This document shows, in pieces, positions 10,446 to 21,827 of a stretch of DNA of 64,000 bases. How positions within the stretch are numbered: position 1 is the first letter of the stretch; every line of letters begins with the position of its first letter. Under the pieces are notes generated by a model. That model saw only the letters and a program-made list of their open reading frames with translations, searched no databases and had not been told where the DNA came from. Origin of the DNA: Escherichia phage BYEP01; the sequence record OR757453.1. The stretch is one strand, 5' to 3'. The translations under genes were made by a program, and so were the position numbers.

Positions 10446-10709
10446 ATGATTTTACGATTTAAGGATACTTCTGGCGTCGTTCTTTTTACACTTCCTAATC
10501 CAAGTGAGTTAGAAGTTCCAGGACCAGAACAGCCTATTATTATTTATGGCAAAAAATATTATACTCATAAAATGACTCGTGAGTATTTTGATAATAAAAT
10601 TTCCACAGTTAAAACTTCTTCTGATTGTTATTATGATATTACTGTTTTAACGGAAAAACAATATGACGAACTATTACCGCGCGGGCCGTCTATGCCGGGT
10701 AGTGAATAA
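10446..10709 (+). CDS. hypothetical protein (87 aa; nrdA.2-position ORF between td and nrdA)
   Basis: GTGAGG RBS then ATG; [39 protein letters not shown]... Confidence 0.55.
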   Translation: MILRFKDTSGVVLFTLPNPSELEVPGPEQPIIIYGKKYYTHKMTREYFDNKISTVKTSSDCYYDITVLTEKQYDELLPRGPSMPGSE

Positions 10710-10989
10710 ATATAAATCCGACTTTGATGTTAATATTCACCGTGGTACATTTTGGGGAAATTACGTCGGTAAAGATGCTGGCAGCCGGGAGGCTGCCATT
10801 GAATTATTCAAAAAAGATTTTATACGTCGAATTAAATCCGGAGAAATAACTAAAGCACATTTAGAGCCTTTACGTGGAATGAGGCTAGGATGCACATGTA
10901 AACCAAAGCCGTGTCATGGTGATATAATAGCTCATATAGTTAACCGATTGTTTAAAGACGATTTTCAAGTTGAGGACTTATGCAATTAA
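10663..10989 (+). CDS. hypothetical protein (108 aa; nrdA.1-position) with DUF4326-like CxC...CHGD motif
   Basis: ...[26 protein letters not shown]...[19 protein letters not shown]; overlaps previous ORF by 47 nt and nrdA start by 10 nt. Confidence 0.6.
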   Translation: MTNYYRAGRLCRVVNKYKSDFDVNIHRGTFWGNYVGKDAGSREAAIELFKKDFIRRIKSGEITKAHLEPLRGMRLGCTCKPKPCHGDIIAHIVNRLFKDDFQVEDLCN

Positions 10990-12413
10990 TTAATGTTATC
11001 AAAAGTAGTGGTGTTTCTCAGAGCTTTGACCCACAAAAAATTATTAAAGTTTTATCTTGGGCAGCTGAAGGAACATCTGTAGATCCTTATGAATTATATG
11101 AAAATATTAAATCATATCTCCGTGATGGAATGACCACTGATGACATTCAGACTATTGTCATTAAGGCTGCTGCGAATTCTATTTCGGTTGAAGAGCCTGA
11201 TTATCAATATGTAGCTGCACGCTGTTTAATGTTTGCTCTTCGTAAGCATGTTTACGGGCAATATGAACCACGTTCATTTATTGACCATATTTCTTACTGC
11301 GTAAATGAAGGTAAATATGACCCTGAATTGTTGTCAAAATATTCAGCAGAAGAAATTACATTTTTAGAATCAAAAATTAAGCACGAGCGGGATATGGAAT
11401 TTACTTATTCCGGGGCGATGCAATTAAAAGAAAAATATCTAGTTAAAGATAAAACCACTGGTCAAATTTATGAAACTCCACAGTTTGCATTTATGGCTAT
11501 TGGAATGGCACTGCATCAAGATGAACCTGTTGATAGATTAAAACATGTCATTCGTTTTTATGAAGCAGTATCTACTCGACAGATTTCATTGCCAACTCCT
11601 ATTATGGCTGGTTGTCGTACTCCAACTCGACAGTTTAGTTCATGCGTTGTTATTGAAGCAGGTGATTCGCTGAAGTCTATCAATAAGGCTTCTGCTTCAA
11701 TTGTTGAGTATATTTCTAAACGAGCTGGAATTGGCATTAACGTTGGTATGATTCGTGCCGAAGGTTCTAAGATTAGCACAGGTGAAGTGCGTCATACTGG
11801 TGTTATTCCTTTTTGGAAACATTTTCAGACTGCAGTTAAATCATGCTCACAGGGTGGAATTCGTGGCGGCGCTGCTACTGCTTATTATCCTATTTGGCAT
11901 TTGGAAGTTGAAAATCTTCTCGTTTTGAAAAATAACAAAGGCGTAGAAGAAAACCGTATTCGTCATATGGATTATGGCGTCCAGCTGAATGATTTGATGA
12001 TGGAACGTTTTGGAAAGAACGACTACATTACTTTGTTCAGTCCACATGAAATGGGTGGTGAGCTTTATTATTCTTATTTTAAAGACCAAGACCGTTTCCG
12101 TGAATTATATGAAGCCGCAGAAAAAGACCCTAATATTCGTAAAAAGCGTATTAAAGCCCGTGAACTGTTTGAATTGCTCATGACTGAACGATCAGGAACA
12201 GCAAGGATTTATGTACAGTTCATAGATAATACGAATAACTATACTCCGTTTATTCGTGAAAAGGCACCTATTCGTCAGAGCAACTTGTGTTGTGAAATTG
12301 CTATTCCAACAAATGATGTGAATAGTCAACAAACCCGTTTAATCAAAATTAAGAAGTCGGATGTAGCTAAGTTTTATGAAGCTAATCCTGGCGGTATAAT
12401 TCAAAGCAAATAA
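10980..12413 (+). CDS. nrdA: ribonucleotide reductase large subunit NrdA, N-terminal fragment (477 aa; about 449 NrdA residues plus 28-aa unrelated tail)
   Basis: [31 protein letters not shown]...RQSNLCCEIAIPTNDVNS then QQTRLIKIKKSDVAKFYEANPGGIIQSK-stop; class I RNR alpha homology up to the NLCxEI active-site motif. Confidence 0.9.
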   Translation: MQLINVIKSSGVSQSFDPQKIIKVLSWAAEGTSVDPYELYENIKSYLRDGMTTDDIQTIVIKAAANSISVEEPDYQYVAARCLMFALRKHVYGQYEPRSFIDHISYCVNEGKYDPELLSKYSAEEITFLESKIKHERDMEFTYSGAMQLKEKYLVKDKTTGQIYETPQFAFMAIGMALHQDEPVDRLKHVIRFYEAVSTRQISLPTPIMAGCRTPTRQFSSCVVIEAGDSLKSINKASASIVEYISKRAGIGINVGMIRAEGSKISTGEVRHTGVIPFWKHFQTAVKSCSQGGIRGGAATAYYPIWHLEVENLLVLKNNKGVEENRIRHMDYGVQLNDLMMERFGKNDYITLFSPHEMGGELYYSYFKDQDRFRELYEAAEKDPNIRKKRIKARELFELLMTERSGTARIYVQFIDNTNNYTPFIREKAPIRQSNLCCEIAIPTNDVNSQQTRLIKIKKSDVAKFYEANPGGIIQSK

Positions 12414-12461
12414 AGTACACAGACCGTTAATAATAAATAATCCATAACAAGAGGAAAAGTT

Positions 12462-13172
12462 ATGGATTATTCTAAAATTTACAATAACCTTATTTCTAAA
12501 GCTAAGAATAGAAAATTAGATTGCTATACCGAATCACACCATATTATACCTCTGTGTATTGGCGGTTCTGATACAAAAGAAAACCTGGTAGATTTGACAC
12601 CAGAAGAGCATTACATAGCTCATCAATTATTAGTAAAGATATATCCAGATAATCATAAATTGATATTTGCCGCTAATATGATGTGTGTTTATTCTGAAGA
12701 TAATATTGAACGAAAGAACACCAATAAACGTCATGGGTGGCTTAGAAGAAAATTGGCTATTTCTGTATCTGAAAATAATAAAGGCAAACCGGCTTGGAAC
12801 AAAGGTATTCCTATGTCTCCAGAAGTTAAATCTCGACTTCAAACATCTTGGGTGTTTACATTTCCGGATGGTCATGAGGAAATTCATCGAGGTCTTAACG
12901 AATTTTGTAAAGAGCATAATTTAAATGCATCTGCGATGTCAGCCGTTTGTAAAGGTAAACGGGCGCATCACAAAGGATTTAAGTGTAAGAAATTGGATAA
13001 GATTTCAGAGCTTGATAATTTAGTTTTCGTCAGTAAACCTCATCCAAAGGGATTAAAACCCCATAACTTAATTGCTGTAAAAATAAACGGTATAGAATAT
13101 CAATCAATACATCGAGCATCTAAAGCTTTAGGAATTACTAGAAAAAAGGTAGAAGAATTAAATGAATATTGA
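12462..13172 (+). CDS. HNH homing endonuclease (Mob-like, 236 aa) inserted within nrdA
   Basis: GAGGA RBS then ATG; MDYSKIYNNLISKAKNRKLDCYTESHHIIPLCIGGSDTKENLVDLTPEEHYIAHQLL = HNH motif; paralogous to ORFs 39813..40505 and 58945..59757. Confidence 0.85.
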   Translation: MDYSKIYNNLISKAKNRKLDCYTESHHIIPLCIGGSDTKENLVDLTPEEHYIAHQLLVKIYPDNHKLIFAANMMCVYSEDNIERKNTNKRHGWLRRKLAISVSENNKGKPAWNKGIPMSPEVKSRLQTSWVFTFPDGHEEIHRGLNEFCKEHNLNASAMSAVCKGKRAHHKGFKCKKLDKISELDNLVFVSKPHPKGLKPHNLIAVKINGIEYQSIHRASKALGITRKKVEELNEY

Positions 13173-14151
13173 TTATGAATTTGTAGATGAATTTTACGAA
13201 GATGATGAGTATACTACAATAGAAGTTATTGAAAACAGGGGAGAAGTGGGGCTTTGTACCCTTAGCGCATTTGTGTTGGATAACTTCGATTGGCAAGACC
13301 AAGACAAAATTAATGAATTAGCAGAAGTTCAAGTTCGTGCTCTTGATAATCTTTTGGACTACCAAGGATATCCAGTTCCTGAAGCAGAAAAAGCTAAAAA
13401 GCGTCGAAACCTTGGCGTAGGTGTTACTAACTATGCAGCTTGGCTGGCAAGTAACTTTGCTTCTTATGAAGATGCTAACGATTTAACACATGAACTATTT
13501 GAGAGATTGCAGTATGGACTCATTAAAGCATCCATTAAGCTCGCCAAAGAAAAAGGACCTTGCGAATATTATTCAGACACTCGTTGGTCTCGAGGCGAAT
13601 TACCTATCGACTGGTACAATAAAAAGATTGACCAAATCGCAGCTCCAAAATACGTTTGTGATTGGGACGAACTTCGATCTGAACTCAAACAGCATGGAAT
13701 TCGAAATTCTACTTTATCCGCGTTGATGCCGTGTGAATCATCCAGTCAGGTATCTAACAGTACAAACGGTATCGAGCCTCCACGTGGACCAGTCTCTGTT
13801 AAAGAATCAAAAGAGGGTTCCTTTAATCAAGTCGTGCCCAATATTGAGCATAACATAGACCTCTATGATTATACGTGGAAATTAGCTAAGAAAGGTAATA
13901 AACCTTATCTTACGCAGGTAGCTATTATGCTGAAATGGGTATGTCAATCAGCTTCAGCGAATACATATTATGACCCGCAGATTTTTCCAAAAGGAAAGGT
14001 TCCAATGTCTGTAATGATTGATGACATGCTATACGGATGGTATTATGGCATTAAAAACTTCTATTATCATAATACCCGTGATGGTTCTGGTACTGATGAT
14101 TATGAAATAGAAACTCCCAAAGCTGAAGATTGTTCATCCTGTAAATTATGA
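13162..14151 (+). CDS. nrdA: ribonucleotide reductase large subunit NrdA, C-terminal fragment (329 aa; 26-aa novel leader then NrdA from GEVGLCTLSAF)
   Basis: MNIDYEFVDEFYEDDEYTTIEVIENR-GEVGLCTLSAFVLDNFDW...NSTLSALMPCESSSQVSNSTNGIEPPRG...YYHNTRDGSG...CSSCKL matches class I RNR alpha C-terminal half; ATG lies within last codons of the HNH ORF. Confidence 0.9.
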   Translation: MNIDYEFVDEFYEDDEYTTIEVIENRGEVGLCTLSAFVLDNFDWQDQDKINELAEVQVRALDNLLDYQGYPVPEAEKAKKRRNLGVGVTNYAAWLASNFASYEDANDLTHELFERLQYGLIKASIKLAKEKGPCEYYSDTRWSRGELPIDWYNKKIDQIAAPKYVCDWDELRSELKQHGIRNSTLSALMPCESSSQVSNSTNGIEPPRGPVSVKESKEGSFNQVVPNIEHNIDLYDYTWKLAKKGNKPYLTQVAIMLKWVCQSASANTYYDPQIFPKGKVPMSVMIDDMLYGWYYGIKNFYYHNTRDGSGTDDYEIETPKAEDCSSCKL

Positions 14152-14202
14152 TATAATTTGACTCATGGACGAGTCACCAACTATTAACTAAGTGGAAAAT
14201 TT

Positions 14203-14878
14203 ATGAGCACAGTTTTTAATACAAATCCAGTTGATGTTTTAACAGAACCTATGTTCTTCGGTTCAGGTCTTGGAATTGCACGTTATGATATTCAACGACA
14301 TAAGGTATTTGAAGAACTTATTGAACGTTCGCTCTCGTTTTTCTGGCGGCCTGAAGAAGTAAACTTAATGATGGATGCTGCACAATTTAACAAGCTCCCA
14401 GAACACCAAAAATCTATATTTATCAATAACTTAAAATACCAGTCATTGTTAGACTCCATCCAGGGGCGTGCACCATCTGCGGTACTTATGCCATTGCTTT
14501 CAGATCCAAGCCTTGATACATGGGTAGCAACATGGACTTTTAGCGAAACTATTCACAGTCGTTCATATACCCATATCATGCGTAACTTGTTCAATGACCC
14601 TGCTAAGGTATTTGATGAGATTGTACTAGATGAAGCTATCATGAAACGTGCTGAATCTATCGGTCGCTATTATGATGATGTTCTGACTAAAACCCGTGAA
14701 TGGGAAAATGCTAAAGAATTTACAGAACTAGCTAAAGAATCTCCTGATGCTGTTTTTCGTTTAAATCGAGCTATTAAACAAGAAGCCGAAGCTAAACGTG
14801 CTTTAATGAAATCTCTTTACCTCTGTTTGCACGTTATTAATGCCTTAGAAGCTATTCGTTTTTATGTATCTTTTGCGT
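14203..14878 (+). CDS. nrdB: ribonucleotide reductase small subunit NrdB, exon 1
   Basis: MSTVFNTNPVDVLTEPMFFGSGLGIARYDIQRHKVFEELIERSLSFFWRPEEV...ALEAIRFYVSFA; frame interrupted by TAA at 14878-14880 at the intron boundary. Confidence 0.9.
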
Positions 14879-15182
14879 AAAATGCGCCTTTAAACGGTAA
14901 CGTTTATCGAAAACTCCTTTAATTGCTGGAAAGTCCTTTATAGGAAAACTAGCAGCCAAGGTTTTGCTTGCACCTTTAATTAGCATAATATAAATGATTA
15001 TACTTTTAAGAGGATGCACAATTGCAAAGCAAGGTTCAACGACTAGTCTTCGGACGTAGGGTCAAGCGACTCGAAATGGGGAGAATCCCTCTGGGATTGT
15101 GATATAGTCTGGTCTGCATAGTAATATGTAGCAGTTCATAAGAGAACGGGTTGAGAATTAGCGAGCTCAATCGAACATAACG
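14879..15182 (+). ncRNA. group I self-splicing intron in nrdB, ORF-less (about 304 nt; no I-TevIII remnant)
   Basis: Contains AGGGTCAAGCGACTCGAAA and GATATAGTCTG core elements shared with the td intron; ends in G; t(14878)+gt(15183-15184) reconstitutes a Cys codon giving FYVSFA-C-TFNFHKNMEIMEGNAK; exact boundaries inferred. Confidence 0.75.
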
Positions 15183-15685
15183 GTACCTTTAACTTCCATA
15201 AGAACATGGAAATCATGGAAGGTAATGCCAAGATTATGAAGTTCATTGCACGTGATGAGCAGCTTCACCTTAAAGGCACCCAATATATTATTCGTCAACT
15301 TCAATCCGGTACTGATGGCGATGAATGGGTTAAAATTGCTCAAGAGTGTGAACAAGAAGCAGTTGATATTTTCATGGAAGTTAACCGCCAAGAAAAAGAC
15401 TGGGCAGTTCATTTATTTAAAGATGGCGATGTTCCTGGATTAAATACAAATAGCATGTGGAGCTTTATTGATTACTTAACTGTATCTCGTATGAAACAGT
15501 GCGGTCTTCCATGCCCAATTACCGATGCTCCGGTTAAACATCCGTATCCTTGGATTCGTGAATACCTTAATTCTGATAATGTTCAATCCGCGCCACAAGA
15601 AGTAGAACTGTCATCTTACCTTGTTGCACAGATTGATAATGATGTTGATGATAAAGTTATGATGAGTTTTAAAAAATACTTTTAA
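15183..15685 (+). CDS. nrdB: ribonucleotide reductase small subunit NrdB, exon 2
   Basis: ...TFNFHKNMEIMEGNAKIMKFIARDEQLHLKGTQYII...SAPQEVELSSYLVAQIDNDVDDKVMMSFKKYF; RNR beta C-terminal half. Confidence 0.9.
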
Positions 15686-15690
15686 GGAGT

Positions 15691-15712
15691 GGGCCGCAAG
15701 GCCCATTTTATT
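15691..15712 (+). terminator. hairpin GGGCC-gcaa-GGCCC followed by ATTTTATT; terminator after nrdB, and/or structure placing the denA SD near its ATG
   Basis: Inverted repeat and U-rich tail read in sequence; lies between AAGGAG (15684-15689) and denA ATG (15713). Confidence 0.5.
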
Positions 15713-17300
<1,588 letters not shown>

Positions 17301-17303
17301 GCT

Positions 17304-17358
17304 GTTTACAAGTCCCTCATGTTGTGTTACAGTAGTCTTACTGACATAACATGAGGAC
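17304..17358 (+). promoter_or_regulatory. about 55-bp promoter-like plus hairpin element upstream of alc (copy 1 of 2)
   Basis: GTTTAC 17304-17309; arms GTCCCTCATGTT (17312-17323) / AACATGAGGAC (17348-17358); right arm contains the alc SD GAGGA; near-identical copy at 30896-30950. Confidence 0.5.
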
Positions 17359-17364
17359 TTTATG

Positions 17365-17868
17365 ATGGATTTACAGCTTATTACTACTGAAATGGTCGTT
17401 GAAGCATACGGTGATACTACAGATGGGATTTTTGTATTTAAAGGAAATCGTCGAGTTGGATATATCACCGATCTTAAGAAAGATTTAGCTAAGCAAGTCA
17501 AGCGGAAAACGACCATTAAAGAATATCGAAATCGTCGTCTTGAGCAAGCCCGTGATATGCTTCCTGATGCAGTTGAGGAGATGAAAGTCTTTTTAGAAAA
17601 TCAGCTTGCGAAATATGATTGTGATGTGTTCATTAATCAGACTCAACCTAATGTTCATATCAATAATTGTAAATGCTACATCATCGTTAATCCTTTGACG
17701 GGAAAACATCGTCTTGGAATCAGTAATCCAAATCGTAGCGCATCGGATATGGCAGAAGATGTTGAGGCATGCTTTAAAATTTCTAAATCTCCTGCTGAAC
17801 ATCATATTTTAATTAACGGTCTTTCTCAAGACGATATTATAGAGGTTATTAAAACTTTATGCAATTAA
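17365..17868 (+). CDS. alc: Alc (host transcription unfolding/termination protein, 167 aa)
   Basis: MDLQLITTEMVVEAYGDTTDGIFVFKGNRRVGYITDLKKDLAKQ... recognised as T4 Alc; second ATG chosen for SD spacing. Confidence 0.9.
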   Translation: MDLQLITTEMVVEAYGDTTDGIFVFKGNRRVGYITDLKKDLAKQVKRKTTIKEYRNRRLEQARDMLPDAVEEMKVFLENQLAKYDCDVFINQTQPNVHINNCKCYIIVNPLTGKHRLGISNPNRSASDMAEDVEACFKISKSPAEHHILINGLSQDDIIEVIKTLCN

Positions 17869-18212
17869 GTAATACGACAGCAGGCTTGCTATTAATTGTA
17901 ATTGCATTGGGCGGAACTTCTTTAATTTTAAAAAATAAAATTGAAAGATTAGAAACGTCTGTTGTAGAAATTACAAAAACGGCCAATGAAAACGCTTTAG
18001 CATTAAATAATTTGCGAATTCAGTATAATTATATTGATGCGATGAATAATAAAAATCGTGAGGCAATTGCTGCTATTGAGCGTGAAAATGAAAAACTGCG
18101 CAAAGACGCAAAGAAGGCGGATGTGGTGGCTCATAAGCCAGGATTGGTTGAAAAACAAATCAACAACTCCTTCAACAAGTTCGCAGAAGACATCCAGGAC
18201 CTTTCTAAATGA
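17859..18212 (+). CDS. pseT.3: i-spanin-like inner-membrane protein (117 aa; N-terminal TM helix, coiled-coil)
   Basis: MQLSNTTAGLLLIVIALGGTSLILKNKIERLETSVVEITK...; position after alc; T4 PseT.3 i-spanin assignment from recall. Confidence 0.6.
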   Translation: MQLSNTTAGLLLIVIALGGTSLILKNKIERLETSVVEITKTANENALALNNLRIQYNYIDAMNNKNREAIAAIERENEKLRKDAKKADVVAHKPGLVEKQINNSFNKFAEDIQDLSK

Positions 18213-18508
18213 TTAGACTATCAGCAGTAATATTATCTATTGGTCTTCTAGTTGGTTGTTCGACAAAGCCTCTAGAAGTAAAGAAAGAAACAGTTCATCC
18301 TAATTGGCCTGTACAAATAAAGTCATATGATGAAGCTAAACTATCTTGGCAAGTTAAAGTTATTGATGGTAAAGCTTGGGTTGGTATGCCATTTGAAGAT
18401 TCCCAGGAATTTCGTATTTGGCTTAATGATGTAAAACGATATGTACATGATCAGAAAACTATGATATGTTATTATCGCCAAGAGTTAAAAGAGGATAAAT
18501 GCAAATGA
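18209..18508 (+). CDS. pseT.2: o-spanin-like outer-membrane lipoprotein (99 aa; lipobox LVGC)
   Basis: MIRLSAVILSIGLLVGCSTKPLEVKKE...; signal peptide plus Cys; ATGA overlap with upstream ORF. Confidence 0.6.
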   Translation: MIRLSAVILSIGLLVGCSTKPLEVKKETVHPNWPVQIKSYDEAKLSWQVKVIDGKAWVGMPFEDSQEFRIWLNDVKRYVHDQKTMICYYRQELKEDKCK

Positions 18509-18731
18509 TTTCATGGCATCAATTTGAACATCTCAAAGGATTGATTTATGAATCCGAGATGGCTGCAATGATTTATGGACGCCAGATTCAACGATTAGAA
18601 TCTTTACCTCCAACCAATGATGTTTTATTAGCTCAATCACGTGCTAATCTTAAAAATGAATATCAAAATAAGTGGGGTAAAGCATCTAAAGACCTGCATG
18701 ATTATATTCAATCATTAGTTGAGAAAAATAA

Positions 18732-18735
<4 letters not shown>
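18499..18735 (+). CDS. hypothetical protein (78 aa)
   Basis: GAGGATAA-ATG; overlaps neighbours at both ends. Confidence 0.55.
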
Positions 18736-19947
<1,212 letters not shown>

Positions 19948-19948
<1 letters not shown>

Positions 19949-20145
19949 TGGCTTTACATCATGAAACTTGGGCTATTATTATTGTAAATAGTGGTTTAGT
20001 TGGTACTAGTAATGGGCAATTTTGTGTATTCACTAGTGAAATCAGAGCTTGGGAGGAATGCCTTAAATTAAGAGAAAAGAATCCTGATGTTGAACTAACA
20101 GTAAAGAAAACTAAACTGCCTTTACCATGGAAAACTTATGAATAA
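19948..20145 (+). CDS. hypothetical protein (65 aa; cd.5-position)
   Basis: TAATG overlap with pseT stop. Confidence 0.5.
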
Positions 20146-20338
20146 CATAGAAAAGATTTATCAACTTTGCGATAAAATTGAAAAAGAAAAGAAATATCTA
20201 TTTTGTTTATGGCCTATTGTTGATGGAAGAATAGACTTAGATATTCTTGATTATGAAACAGAAGACATAGTAGATGGTTCAACTTTTGATAATGCGTTGG
20301 ATGTTATTAATTGGCTTGAAGAAAATTATGTGGGGTGA
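20138..20338 (+). CDS. hypothetical protein (66 aa; cd.4-position)
   Basis: Track ORF; overlapping start/stop with neighbours. Confidence 0.5.
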   Translation: MNNIEKIYQLCDKIEKEKKYLFCLWPIVDGRIDLDILDYETEDIVDGSTFDNALDVINWLEENYVG

Positions 20339-20340
20339 AT

Positions 20341-20616
20341 ATGTTTCCGACTTATTCTAAAATCGTAGAAGTAGTGTTTAGTCAAATTATCGCTAATAAT
20401 ATGTTTGAAAAGCTTGATAACGCAGCCGAGCTTCGAATTCATGCTCAAGTGACTCATGTATTGAACACTTTGCTTCCAGACCAGGTGGATTCTATTGCAA
20501 TTACGCTGTATCCGGGTTCCGCGCATATCATTGTCGTATTTGGTCTTGATGCTGAGCTAGTCATCAAAGGCGATATTCGCTTTGAATCACAGACATCAGA
20601 ATTCAAAGCAATTTAA
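20341..20616 (+). CDS. hypothetical protein (91 aa; cd.3-position)
   Basis: Track ORF 20335 starts at GTG; ATG at 20341 (MFPTYSKIVEVVFSQ...). Confidence 0.5.
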   Translation: MFPTYSKIVEVVFSQIIANNMFEKLDNAAELRIHAQVTHVLNTLLPDQVDSIAITLYPGSAHIIVVFGLDAELVIKGDIRFESQTSEFKAI

Positions 20617-20618
20617 TG

Positions 20619-20657
20619 GTTTACTTTATGGTAGAGTTGTGATATTATAGCTCTACC
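20619..20657 (+). promoter_or_regulatory. early-promoter-like element GTTTAC...TATTAT with 7-bp inverted repeat (GGTAGAG/CTCTACC) around the -10 region
   Basis: GTTTAC 20619-20624; inverted repeat 20630-20636 / 20651-20657. Confidence 0.45.
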
Positions 20658-20678
20658 AAAACAAATGAGGAAAACAAA

Positions 20679-20914
20679 ATGCTAAGTGAAAACCAATTAC
20701 TGTTAAAGAATTCCAAGAAAAAGTTAAACTATTTGCTCAGGAATTGGTAAATAAGGTTTCTGAACGATTTCCAGAAACATCGGTTCGTGTTATTACCGAA
20801 ACTCCTCGTTCAGTATTAGTAATTGTGAATCCAGGTGATGGTGACCAAATAACACATCTCAAATTGGATTTTGATGGATTAGTTGAAGCACAAAGGGTGT
20901 ATGGCGTACTATGA
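20679..20914 (+). pseudogene. small ORF (cd.2-position) disrupted by an apparent 1-nt frameshift in an A-run
   Basis: GAGG RBS then ATG 20679: frame 0 reads MLSENQLLLKNSKKKLNYLLRNW-stop; from about 20690 the -1 frame is open to 20914 (KPITVKEFQEKVKLFAQELVNKVSERFPETSVRVITETPRSVLVIVNPGDGDQITHLKLDFDGLVEAQRVYGVL); one extra A in gaaaacc would give a single 77-codon ORF. Confidence 0.55.
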
Positions 20915-21249
20915 TGAATTTAACTGATATAATTGATAATTGTCTTGAAAATGATACTGGCGATCATAGAGCGCTTGATTCTGAAACAGCACAGTTCATT
21001 AGAATAACTTTAATGAATGATACTCTAGTGAATAGTATTCATCCTTCTGTGTATGATGCTATTATTGTGACGAAGTATCCAGTTGAGCTTCACAAAAAGA
21101 TGGTTGGTGCAATTTTTATTGATAAGAAAAACCGCTTTAAAGATGGGCAGAATATAATTAGTTCTGTTATTAAAAGTATAACTAAACTTCGTCACGAAAT
21201 TTATCGTGTTGAAACTGCTAAATCTGCTTATCTGGTGATTATGAAATGA
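20911..21249 (+). CDS. hypothetical protein (112 aa; cd.1-position)
   Basis: Track ORF; start overlaps preceding stop. Confidence 0.55.
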   Translation: MMNLTDIIDNCLENDTGDHRALDSETAQFIRITLMNDTLVNSIHPSVYDAIIVTKYPVELHKKMVGAIFIDKKNRFKDGQNIISSVIKSITKLRHEIYRVETAKSAYLVIMK

Positions 21250-21827
21250 AAGCGAGTACAGTACTTCAAATTGCATATTTAGTATCACAAGAATCCAAAT
21301 GTTGCTCCTGGAAGGTAGGAGCAGTAATTGAAAAGAATGGACGTATTATTTCTACCGGATATAATGGTTCACCTGCAGGTGGTGTGAACTGCTGTGATTA
21401 TGCTGCTGAGCAAGGTTGGTTGCTGAATAAGCCTAAACATACTATCATTCAAGGTCATAAGCCTGAATGTGTATCGTTTGGTTCAACTGATCGTTTTGTT
21501 TTGGCGAAAGAACACCGTAGTGCTCACTCTGAATGGTCGTCTAAAAATGAAATTCATGCTGAACTAAATGCGATTTTGTTTGCTGCGCGAAATGGTTCTT
21601 CAATTGAAGGTGCTACTATGTATGTAACACTTTCTCCTTGCCCAGATTGTGCAAAAGCGATAGCTCAATCTGGAATTAAAAAGTTGGTTTATTGCGAAAC
21701 ATACGATAAAAATAAACCTGGCTGGGATGATATTCTGCGAAATGCGGGTATTGAAGTGTTTAATGTTCCTAAGAAAAACTTGAATAAGTTAAACTGGGAA
21801 AATATCAACGAATTCTGTGGTGAATAA
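21246..21827 (+). CDS. cd: dCMP deaminase (193 aa)
   Basis: ...HAELNAILFAARNGSSIEGATMYVTLSPCPDCAKAIAQSGIKKLVY = cytidine/dCMP deaminase zinc motif, recognised as T4 Cd. Confidence 0.93.
   Translation: MKASTVLQIAYLVSQESKCCSWKVGAVIEKNGRIISTGYNGSPAGGVNCCDYAAEQGWLLNKPKHTIIQGHKPECVSFGSTDRFVLAKEHRSAHSEWSSKNEIHAELNAILFAARNGSSIEGATMYVTLSPCPDCAKAIAQSGIKKLVYCETYDKNKPGWDDILRNAGIEVFNVPKKNLNKLNWENINEFCGE

Noticed and set aside
12330-13250. Possible intein or group I intron at the nrdA interruption
   Set aside because: Intein rejected: the N-fragment ends in a stop codon, there is no Cys/Ser at the junction, no His-Asn, and the HNH ORF is in its own frame with its own RBS. Intron not excluded but thought unlikely: no GGGTCAAG/GATATAGTC-type core motifs flank the ORF as they do in td and nrdB, and both fragments have extra coding tails and an own start codon. 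RT-PCR would settle it.
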